Positions 12,840 to 23,390 of a DNA stretch of 64,000 nt are shown piece by piece. The notes below the pieces were generated by a model, which was not told the origin of the DNA, searched no databases, and was given only the letters and a program-made list of their open reading frames with translations. The stretch comes from Mesotaenium endlicherianum. Lineage: Eukaryota. The stretch covers positions 297,185 through 361,184 of the forward strand of contig WELA01003352.1 in assembly GCA_009602735.1 (NCBI GenBank), in the 5' to 3' direction. The position numbers and the translations under genes are program-made. The first letter of the stretch is position 1; each line of letters opens with the position of its first letter.

Positions 12840-13952
12840 TCAATGTTTCTTTCCCTCAAGCTTGACAACCATGACTGGGCAGTCTGCATGCTTCTCACAA
12901 TAGCTGCTGACACTCGTCACGAAATGCTTCCTGAGGGTCCCCAAGCACCGCGCACCAGTCACAAGGAGGTCTGCATCTCTCACCTTCACCTCGTTCAATA
13001 TAACCTCCCGCGGATCTCCTGACCGCAAAACTGGGACACAGTGCACCATATACTTCTCCCTCATCACCTTAACAAGTGCATCCAACTTGTTTTCCACAAA
13101 GAGGGTGTAAGCATCCTGCTCACCGCCTGTACCCTCGTGAATACGCACTGCAGAAGGAAAGACTTGGTTAGAGCATACAAAAAGCACTTCGCCAGACCAA
13201 GATGTATACTAACCTGCATGTCTTCCACCCCCTACCCATGGTCAGTTGGTGGGTCAGCTAAAAAAGCACCGGGCAGCCACTACTTAAGTATAGTGTAAGC
13301 ACACCTCAGTGAGCACACGAGACACAAAAAAATGAGCTTGTTGGATGTGAGCTTGCCAGAAATATGAAGTACTGATGCTAAATCCCCCATATAGTTCTCA
13401 ATACGAAGGTATACAAGAGCACGACCTCAACAGAAGGAAGAAAATGGCAGAACTCGCTCTTCTACCGCAGGTAACCTTACAAGCCATGTATGGGGGATAA
13501 CAGTTTCCCTCGTAAATAATGTGTCCCTGAGGGTTGGACAGAAATCTCATACGGAGCTACTAGCCGAAAAAATTCCACTACATAACCCACGGTCTTGTGC
13601 ACCAAGACTTAGCCCACTGTACCATCAATAAGCAATAATATACTGAACTTGAGAGCATGAACACATCCATCCCTATTTGGACTACCTATACTACAAACTT
13701 ACAGTGCTTAGTATGCGGGCGGACATGAAGAAGAAACACTGTATCACCAGGATGTACAGTTTCGTGGCCTAAGATCCACTCCAGCGCAGCGACACTTTCC
13801 TTCCTGGCATCTATTCCGACTACTACATTTTTTCCCGACGGCAAGTCGTTCTTTAAAGCTGCATTTTCTGGCACTGGCGTCAGATGCTCGCTGTGATGTA
13901 TCACTCTAGATGGAATTTGCACCTCTTCCTGGTGCTCATTGAATGATTTCAT
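12840..13952 (-). CDS. Universal stress protein (UspA domain)
   Basis: Exon 13952-13703 (KNVVVGIDARKESVAALEWIL...GDTVFLLHV) and exon 13147-12840 (GDPREVILNEV...DADLLVTGARCLG...SVSSYCEKHADCPVMVVK) join in phase 1. A middle micro-exon is possible but uncertain. Confidence 0.9.
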
Positions 13953-14048
13953 AAGCTATACTCAAATGAAGTCCCAGCTCTGAGAACGAAGTGCTTAAAT
14001 TTGTGCGACAATTCCATGTCAACCTGAATATATGTAACCTGTGCTGAT

Positions 14049-14325
14049 TGTCTCAGATTGCATCCGTCCCCGGGCTGGTCCTCGCTCCACCCGAACGCTC
14101 AAAGCAACCTGAAGCTATCCCGAAGCACCCTAAAGCAGCCCGAAGCACACCAAAGCATCCTAAATCTTTCCAAACTTCATTAAGTACTTGCGAAGTACGC
14201 ACGAAGGAGGGCTGATGCTGTCGGTCCATCCAGGTCAATCCAGGTGCTTCCAGGTCATCGAATGTCTCCTCACCTGAGCCCATGCCGAGTCATCTCAAGT
14301 AGTGACGCTTGACTCGGTTGAGACA
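14049..14325. repeat. Short element with TGTCTCA...TGAGACA ends and an internal ~10-bp degenerate tandem repeat
   Basis: 7-bp inverted ends; (c)gaagcaccc-like repeats at ~14092-14165; no TSD seen. Confidence 0.35.
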
Positions 14326-15038
14326 TTCACGTCAAACTAACACTCTAAAGCCAGGCTCAAGCCAATCTGAGCTCAAGCAGGGCTCAAGCCAAGTGCAGCT
14401 CAAGCAGAGCTCTTGAGCGCAATTAGCATTCGGCAGCACTCAACAATCAAGCTCTATAATTTTATATACTCACAAGCAGCAGCAAAATAGTCAAGCTGAC
14501 CTTCCTGGCTGGGATGCCTTTTCGATAGCTAGTGTTCAACAGGTACAATGTCTGCATTCGGCAATTGAAGTGACAAGTATGATGCCAAACAATCCACAAT
14601 TCACGTCTTCACATATCATCTAATCACGCATATAGCTGCATGCATGTGAATGGCGAGGAGTAAAGCTTATAAATTGACACGAGTAAACCATCTGCTTACA
14701 TGCATATTAATTGCTCTGCTTTAGCTCGATCGATCGTAGACATTTCATGTAAGTCCGCCAACTGTGTCGCTCGATTAGCTACACATCGTGAAATGTGCGC
14801 ATGTACGCTACTGGCGTGATGACTGAACTCTTTGATGCTCGCTGGGTAGAGTCGTCGATCGAAAGAATGACTTTAAAAACTGAAAGTGACTTTGAAACAA
14901 TATGTGAAGCTAGTGCTGAGTGCTGCATATGTTTACACAGTGAATTCCGGTTCGTGAGAACTACAACCATCCACGCAGCCACCCAAACATACAAGTGCAC
15001 ACAAACAAAACACACACGTACCCCCCGGCCCCCTAAGA

Positions 15039-16712
15039 ATGCCAACAACTCACGCTATGATGCGACGGCTCATAGGCCACATGAGAGAGGGGCGGAGGAA
15101 GAGTGGGAGGGCTCCACCAGAAGAGCCAGCATCTCCACTTGCTCGTGCAGCGCCAGGTGGCAGCAGCGGCGTGCGCAGCCTGAACACACGTCAAGGCACA
15201 GGCATTACAGAGCTTCCAGACGACGTCCTGTGGCGCATCTTGCAGGCTGCCCTTTGCCAGGCTCAGCGCTCATCAGTCGCCCCTGAGCTGGTCGCCCTCG
15301 GGCTTGTTAGCGACTACAGGAGCGTTTGCCAGAAATGGAGCCGGGTCATCAGCCATGGCTGCAAGCGCGCGCGCCTCGTCGACCCAGCGGCCGACGTGGA
15401 CGCTGCCCTCGCCACGCTGCGAACGTTCAAGAATGTAACACGCGTGTGCTTGAGAGGGACCTCCTTCTACCGCTTTAACTTCGACAGCTCCCCCTCTCCC
15501 GTTTTCGGCGGCGAGCTCCTGAGGGCGCTGGCTGAGGGCTTCCCGCTCCTGACCTCGTTCGACGTGGAGCTCTGCCGCGGGTGGGAGTTTCTGCCGAGCC
15601 TTGCGCACTTCCTCTTGCGGAGGACCACCTTGCGGGAGCTCAGGCTCAAAATCATCGACAAGCCGGTGCAGGTCGTGAGTATTCAAGAAGGGCCAGCTGA
15701 TGAGGGCCACTCATGTTACGAGTGGAACCCGATGACTCACAGGTGGCAGGAGTACCACGCCTTGCTGGCAGGCCTGGACTTCGGGAGGCTCGCTCATCTC
15801 CAGACGGTCACGCTCGACTTCAGCGAGCTCTACTTCCCGAGCCATGGCCCCCTCAGCCTGCCCATCAGCGAGACGCTTGCGCAGCTCCCGGGGCTGGCCG
15901 CCCTTCACGTGGCACTCTCCGACGCCGCGCAGGTGGCACATCTGCCGCCGTGGCTGGCGGAGCTGCGCCCCTTTGTCACGCTCAGAATGCGCTTCAGGCG
16001 CATGTTCTCCTCCCACTTGCTGTCTTCCCTGGCGGCCATGCACTCCCTGCAGGAGCTTGAGCTCCTCTTTAGCCCTGACCTGGTTCTTGGCCCTGCAGTC
16101 ATCAAGAACCTCGCTGCCCTGGAGTCGCTGACCTCCCTCACGCTTGCTTACGGGGAAACCAGGGAGCGGGACCTGGACCCAGGCAGCTTGGCGAAGGCAC
16201 TCTTCAGCCCGCGCCTGCGCAAGCTCCACCTCATCTGCAATGCGCTGCCCCGGCTGACAACGCCCCTGCCCCTCCTGGAGGACCTGCTGCTTCACGTGAG
16301 CGCGCCCAACTCTAGCATCCCGCGCGAACTTTTTGCGTTCACACCCGCCCTGCGCTCCCTGGACCTGGGCCTCCACAGCACGCCCGTGTGGCCTGACTTG
16401 GGCAGCTATCTCACGGGGCTCACGTTCCTGGGCCTGAACTGCGGGACAGAGAGGGGCTTCTGCGATGTCAGCCGCATGGACGCCCTCCGGGAGCTCAGGA
16501 TCGGGAACTGCCGGCTGCTGAAGTCCATTGCTGGGGTGTTTTTCCTCGGCCGCGCGACAGGTGTCACGCTCAGGTGCTCCTGTGGGGCGCGTGGGGGCTG
16601 TTTCAGCTGCTATGGGAGCTACGCCGAGTACGCTAGGGCGGGCCAGGCCTGCTCCAAGATGACAAGCGGCATGGCCAGACAGCTGTTCCGCGACACACGG
16701 CGCAGCCAATAG
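15039..16712 (+). CDS. F-box/LRR protein, paralogue 1 (intact, intronless)
   Basis: 557-aa ORF; F-box ITELPDDVLWRILQ...YRSVCQKWSRVI; LxxLxL repeats; Cys-rich C-terminus. The start could be the ATG at ~15057. Confidence 0.85.
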   Translation: MPTTHAMMRRLIGHMREGRRKSGRAPPEEPASPLARAAPGGSSGVRSLNTRQGTGITELPDDVLWRILQAALCQAQRSSVAPELVALGLVSDYRSVCQKWSRVISHGCKRARLVDPAADVDAALATLRTFKNVTRVCLRGTSFYRFNFDSSPSPVFGGELLRALAEGFPLLTSFDVELCRGWEFLPSLAHFLLRRTTLRELRLKIIDKPVQVVSIQEGPADEGHSCYEWNPMTHRWQEYHALLAGLDFGRLAHLQTVTLDFSELYFPSHGPLSLPISETLAQLPGLAALHVALSDAAQVAHLPPWLAELRPFVTLRMRFRRMFSSHLLSSLAAMHSLQELELLFSPDLVLGPAVIKNLAALESLTSLTLAYGETRERDLDPGSLAKALFSPRLRKLHLICNALPRLTTPLPLLEDLLLHVSAPNSSIPRELFAFTPALRSLDLGLHSTPVWPDLGSYLTGLTFLGLNCGTERGFCDVSRMDALRELRIGNCRLLKSIAGVFFLGRATGVTLRCSCGARGGCFSCYGSYAEYARAGQACSKMTSGMARQLFRDTRRSQ

Positions 16713-19700
16713 CTGACAAGTGGGTGGGAAATATATCTGGGGTGCTGTCAAGCAGAAGCCCTTGTCGAATTGCGTGGACGGTGGGACACATAGACCTACA
16801 ATAAGAAGCCGCCGAGAATTAAGCGGGTCCGGCAGCAGGAGGGCTAAGATTGAATGCGGGCGGCACCTGGTCAACGTTGGACCTTGGTCAAGATCCTCTC
16901 ATCGCGTGATCCTCCATGCGTGATGCCCGTCGGCCGTCGCCACTCATGTGTGGTTTCCCCATTCCAATACAACATGCATCTGCCAAAGCGGACATGATTC
17001 ACCTTCTATGTTGTGATGGGCTTTGGAGTCTAGCTAGAGGGCGCTGCGCCTGAAGCTGGGGCCTGGATTGTCTGCAGTATGTTGATAATAGATATGGCAT
17101 GCTGTTCCTACGTGGAGCTTCAACATCACCTTGGACATAAGTTTGTCGGCACACTGGAGGACTGGTGTGTGTGCTGTCGCTCTCTTCTATAAGGTCCAGT
17201 CAGACAAAGCCCACCTCCTGGGACCAGATATACACTTCAAGTTGGCAGACTGTGGTGCTCAATAAATCAGAGACTTGGGTTGAGCGCTAGTATAAAGCTC
17301 TGTAGAGTGTCATGCGCACGCCTGCTCTATTGCATGCATAGTAGTAATAATTGCTGATCACTTTTTTACAGTATAATACTTATAGTATACTTGTGTGCCA
17401 ACCATGATGGGTCTGGATTGCACTCATTGGCAAGTGAGGACAGTGGCTTAGCCCGCTGACGACCTGCTTGATATCGAGAGCTTGAGCCTTGTAACAAATT
17501 TTGAGCGTATGAAACTTGGCATGAACTGATTGTATATACAGATATAAAGACAAAACATACATTTGACCTTGAGGCAATGCGAGTTTAGGGGTTCAAGTTG
17601 TGCAGATCAGCTTCACGTGCTCCTTGTACAAGCTAGTAACAGTATGTAATCACAAGCGAAATTATGCGTATAGTACGACATATATGCACAGCGGAAATCA
17701 AAAACTGCATCCACTTGGATACTTCCTTGCATTCGCAACTAGCTAGCTTGCAGCAGTAAGCCCATGGAAGCTGATTTGCATCTTTGACTGCAAACAATTC
17801 TTGCGCTAGTTCTATCACTAGCTATAACTTGGCCAGACAAGCTCAGGTGATGTATGCACAATATAAAGAAGTCAAAGTTATTTAGGTCATCAAAAGGTTA
17901 TTCTGACTTATATGCATCTGCATACTATAGTTTGTTATCCTCGCACCACACGTGCAATGCATCACAGCTGGCTGTTCCACAAGCTAACATGTCTATACTG
18001 TGTCACCGACGGCCTGGGCCCTGTACAGAAGGCCGAGTGCTTAAAGCAGATTACACACTTTCAAAACCGATTTTACACTGGTGCAAGGGCGCAAGGCCCT
18101 CTTGCTGATGAGCAAATGCAGGCTTGTGACTAACGTGCATAAAGAAAAGCCACCGTGAAGGGACAGATCAGGCAAGGGATAGATGAAGAGAATTTTTTCT
18201 TGCTGTAGACCCTAAGGTGTATCAGCGCTTGCATCAGGCCCCGGCTTCCGAGCCCGACCGTTCACACTCCAGCTCAACTGATCATGCACTAAGACCACCG
18301 CCAGAGGGGTTGGAAGGGCGTTCCGCGCCCTTAGCCGCTCTATAAACCCTAGCATAGACCTAGCTCGGGTGCGGCTCCTACACCTCGACGGCACATCCCA
18401 AGCCAAGAGGCCCGGCGCAGCTTCAGAATCCACACCCAAAAAGAACCCCAGGGCAGGGCTTCAAAGTATGCTCTACTGCAGTCGTGCTGCCGTCTTCTTC
18501 ACTGCATGGATGATGGGCACTGACAACCACCTTTGAATCCTCGATGAGGCGTGAGGAGACCGCGCAAGGGTCCCCGATACGAGGCTCAAGCCGCAAGAAA
18601 GAGGAGAGAGCTTCCAAAAATGTGCCAACACGCGATCGCGCCTGGATGGTGCGGATTGCTACCTAGCTTGGTAGAGGGTGCTGTAGTCTGGTGTCCATGC
18701 GAGTCCCTCAGCTCTTCTTTGTGCTTTTGTCTCAGTTCTCTAGCGAGAAGGGCTTCTTCACAAGCCTTGGCATGAAATTGCTGTTTGGGCCGAGCGTTAC
18801 GCCCAAAAACCTCAACCCTCTAAATCCCAGAGAACCCCCCAGCAAACCCCTCATCTGACCTTGGCGATTGGCCCCACACCTGGCACTACTGCCCCTCCCT
18901 GCAGGCTGCATGAGCGCGCCAGCTTAATAGTTGAAAGTTCAAAGAAGGCACGTTAGGGAGGGCGGGGGCGTGGTGCATGGCGGTGCAAATGGGATAGTTG
19001 CTGCCGCCATGTTTCGCCAGGTGTCACTTACGCAATCGCTTGCATTTCCTCTGACCCACCTGACGAGCCCATTGCAGAACCGCCTCAAGCCCTCCTAGAG
19101 CTGTGTGCCAACTTGGCAACTTGTCTCTGGGGCCACGCGGAAGCTCCTGTTGCACCCATCAGCAGACCATTCCTTGCCCATAGCATGCAAGTGTACTCAT
19201 CAGAAGGAGGAGCTTGACAAGGGCTGGCAAATCGCCGGCTGGCAAATCGCCAGCTGGCAAGCATCGACATGCAGAGCACCACACAAATGCAGAGCACCAT
19301 ACGGGCACTGAACTGCGGAGGTCTGGTTAAGGAGATGGTGCCAGGTGGCAAGTCCCAAAGATGCCACCTAGCTGCTTGGAGGGGATCGAAGGCAGAACGT
19401 GACTCAGGGCCAGCAGCGTGTGACAAAAAGGTAAAGAGGTGGGTGACTATGTCATGCTTTTGATGACTGATTTCCAGGGCAGGAAATTGCACTTCAATTT
19501 GAAAGGCGAAAGAGGGTGGGAAAGAGGAGAGTGGGAGACAGGGAAGAAGGGACGCAAATAGTGTCACGCGTGAAGAGTATACCAAGAAAACAGTGTGAAC
19601 CGAGGCCACTTTTTCTGCAGCCTTTTTTTCAGATGGCAGTTTTAGCTCGCTCACTATAGCAACTTTGAATGCGCCAGAAGTTAGATCCAGATTTCTAGCG

Positions 19701-21548
19701 CTCTGTTCCATAAAGAAGGTGGAAGAAAGCACGATTGAAGTGAGCAACAGAGAAGAACAAAAAGAGAGGTTGGAAGGGCCTATGTTACGAAGTCGTCTTG
19801 AGTTCATGTCATGTACCAGATAGCTTCTCCTCTAGTTCTCCTGCAAATCTCTTAATATCATTTCTACCATCTTAATTGCTCTCTTGATACATTCTGTTGC
19901 CGGTTCTTATCGAGGCTGGCCTTCGAGTACTACTCACCATTCATAAGCCCTGTAGATTTTGCAAGATAAATGTGGAACTATAATGGTCGACAAGATGGAA
20001 CAAGAAAGACAGCAAGTGTCTATATTGAATTTATCTACGCTTGCCCGTCGGTTTGTGTACACTCAAAAATATTTTGATCTTAGCCAGAAGGACAACATAT
20101 TGTTATTTGGGCAGGCACTCAAGAAATGTACATATATGTCCTTTCCGGACGACAAAATCTATGTCTATATGACCCTTCGGATCGAAATTAGTTGTTTGGC
20201 TCTCGAGAGTTTCATTTCGCTTTCCTTAGCGGCATCATGCATGCATGGGCATGGAGCTCCCATTAACATTAAGGACATCCCTAAATTGGTACCAAGAAAG
20301 CTGTATACCTCGTTCATAATACAAGTCTCGGGGTCTTGTAGTCGGCTGCAAACGGTCCGGCAAGGCTTTCACATATATTGCCGCTATCTGGATGCATAAG
20401 AGTTTAGTAGACACGGTAATCGTACTCATTGACTTCCTGCTACTTTCTGAGCCAAGTATGAAATGTCCAGAGCATGATCTTGATAGCAGGTAGAAATCAT
20501 TTGAGGCTCAGGGGATGTTGGCAGTTCAAAAAAGCAAGTTGAATATGCAATATTTCAATTAAGGTATTACCCTTGTACTAGTTGACTTGATTTCTGTGCA
20601 CGCATGGAGCATACAGCTAGTGCTTGCGTGTATCTTGCTGGAGAAGGCTCCTTTGGGACATGTCCCTGAGTGGTTGCATGATAGAAGAGTATGGTATATG
20701 ATGAATGTCTCTCTCTGGGTTCTCACTCTGTTGAAGGAAAGTCTGACAAGCGAAGGAGGGAAAGAGACGCTGATCAAGAAAGGTCTTTATCTCATTGTGA
20801 TTAATGTAGAACTAGACAGGTCAGCAATTTCAGCATGACATTCCAGTAATTTTATAGCATACTTATGCTTAATCACAATGATGTCAATGTTCGTTGAAAC
20901 TTAGCTCAATCATTACGCTTCAGTCTGGTATATTTTTCATTCCTTACAAGGACAAATCACAAGTCTTGACGACTCACGAGAGCTTTCTGTATCAGCTTGT
21001 CTTACCACCTCTGCCACTATATGTTCATGGCTGAAGCTGCTACGCCCCAACGATTACCTTTCACTTCACCTATTTTTTGGGGCCTGAATGCCTTTAACGT
21101 TGTATCTTGCTGTGGCTGCAATGCAGGTGCTGCTGGCTAAGATGGCTGGAAGACAGCCTGTGAGAAGACTCACATGTTGGTCGTGATTCAACCCTATACC
21201 AGCAAGTTATAATGTGAAGTGCAGAAGATCAAGGCCAGGCTACTGATGGCTATACCCTGCCACCCAAGGTCCATATTCTCATAATTTTGTTTCCTCTCTG
21301 TCACAAGGATCATGACGATGCCATCCATACCGGACACTAACGCAGAGAATTGGAGCGTATTGGTGGAACACTTCTCCATCATCTCTGCACTTCTAATGTG
21401 CTGTCTCTCCTTAGTCGTCTTTGTGACCCTTGAGACACGGAGGCTTAACATTTTATACTCTAGTTGGGCAATCTTTTTCATAGCGGCTGTGGACTTAAGG
21501 TGGGCATGTCCCAAAGCTCCAAGGCAAATGAAAAGGTTAACGAGACAG

Positions 21549-23390
21549 ATGAGGTGGTGGCGAGGCAATCATGGCAGAGCGCATCGAGGGGATGAAGCTT
21601 GTGGCAGCCCGAGCATGTGTCAGGTTAGGGACTTCGGGAACCTTCCAGACAATGCTCTGGAGCCCATCCTGAAAGCTGCCATTGGACAGGGCAAGGATGC
21701 TCACATTTACAGAAGTGTGTGCAAGCAGTGGAACCGGGTCATCTGCTGCGCCTACAAGCAAGTGTACCTTGCAGACTCAAGGTCGCAAGTGCGCCCTGCC
21801 CTTGCCACTCTCCGGAAGTACCCAAGAGTGACACACGTGCGCTTGGAAGTCTCCTCCTGCCCTAGATCGCTGTGGTGGACAAGTGTTTTTGTCAGATCGT
21901 TCCCAAGGGCGCTGGCTCAGGGGTTCCCCACTATCACCTCAATTAGTCTGGAGCTCTGCTGCGGGTGGGAGGTTCTGCCAGACCTCGCGCACTTTCTGTC
22001 GCATCGGACGCGTCTGAAAGAGTTGAGTCTCAAGTTTAGTGATTGTTTGCCGCATGGATTGCTTACTTTTGAACCGGATGACAACGCCTGGCGGGAGTAC
22101 CAAACCTCTCTGGCGGCCCTGGACTTCAGAAAGCTCACACATCTCAAGGTGCTCACGCTGGACTTTACAGAGCTCTACTACCCTGAGAGCTCATCCAGTG
22201 TATCTCGCAGCAATGTGCCCCCCACTCTTCCAGTTAGCAAAACGATTGCAGAGCTCCGTGGGCTAGAAGCCTTCCACCTTCTGGTTTCTGACCAGAATCC
22301 AGTGGTGCAACTACCAGCTTGGCTGGGGGAGCTGAACTCTCTTGCCAGCCTCAGCACGGCCTGTAACGGTGAGAACCTCCCTTCTCCAATGTCTTCTAAG
22401 GTCTCCGGCGTCCCCTGCACACCTCGTCAAAACTTCAGCTCCCTCATTGACCCTCACTGGGCGCTTAGGCCTTTGTTCCTTGAAGTGCTCAAACCTTGAC
22501 TCCTTCACCTTGCTAATACTCCGGTGCTTATGGTCACGGTTCCAGGCTCGGAGACGGACAGCTCGTGGAGCGCAGTGTTCAGCCATCGCCTGCGAAAGCT
22601 ACACCTCACCTCTGACAGGCTCCTGCAGTTCACAGGATGCATGCCCCTCCTGGAGGACCTGGTGCTTTGCATAAATGCATACCCGCCTGACATGGACCAA
22701 ACCTCCGCGGACACTCTGGCATGTCTGATGTCGAGCCCGCGACTGCGGAAGCTCCACCTCACTTGCAACAGGTTGCCGCGGTTGATTGCGCCCCTGCCCC
22801 TGTTGGAGGACCTGCTGCTTCATTGCAATGGATGGGTGAGGGACATTGATGTGGACCTCAACAGTCTGGCGTATCTGGTTTTCAACCCGCGCCTGCGGAA
22901 GCTGGACGTGAGGATCAGAAACGAGCTCCCGGTGCTGAGCGAGGTCATGCCCGTCCTGGAGGAGCTGAAGCTTTGTGTGGCAAAGCCGGGTGACCACCTG
23001 CAGCACGACCTGTTTGATTTCACACCCGCCCTTCGCTCCCTAACCCTCGTGCTTGAGGCCGGGTCCGTGTCGCCCAAGCTTGGCTGCCTCACTAGGCTCG
23101 CGCGTTTGAGTGTCGTGGGCCAGGCGTGCTTCTGGGGCATCGAGCGCATCCGTCCCCACAGCGAGCTCAGGGTTGACTGCAGAGTTGTGCATACCATCCC
23201 GTGGGTGCTTGACCTCAGCCCTGCAACAGATTTCTCGGTGTGGTGCTCCTGCTCCCAAAGGGCCTTTGGCACGGGAAGGGTCTTTTGCGGCTCTGCAGAT
23301 TACGCGAATTCAAGATGGCAGTACTGGATGTGCCGCAGCATGACCTGCGTTGAAGCCAAACGGCTCCTCCCAGATATGAGGCTCTTTTAA
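21549..23390 (+). pseudogene. F-box/LRR paralogue 2, frameshifted at ~22380-22530
   Basis: N-half FGNLPDNALEPILK...YRSVCKQW (ORF 21312-22499; ATG 21549 corresponds to the paralogue 4 start). C-half is in ORF 22524-23390. Confidence 0.8.

Noticed and set aside
15711..16874. Long antisense or alternate-frame ORFs over the F-box genes (also 38939-39568, 48929-49843)
   Set aside because: Shadow frames of GC-rich coding sequence.
19085..19807. 240-aa minus-strand ORF
   Set aside because: No recognisable domain; includes pyrimidine tracts and short repeats.
21312..21548. Hydrophobic N-terminal extension on F-box paralogue 2
   Set aside because: Absent from the other paralogues; ATG 21549 matches the paralogue 4 start. 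Likely an incidental open frame, though not excluded.
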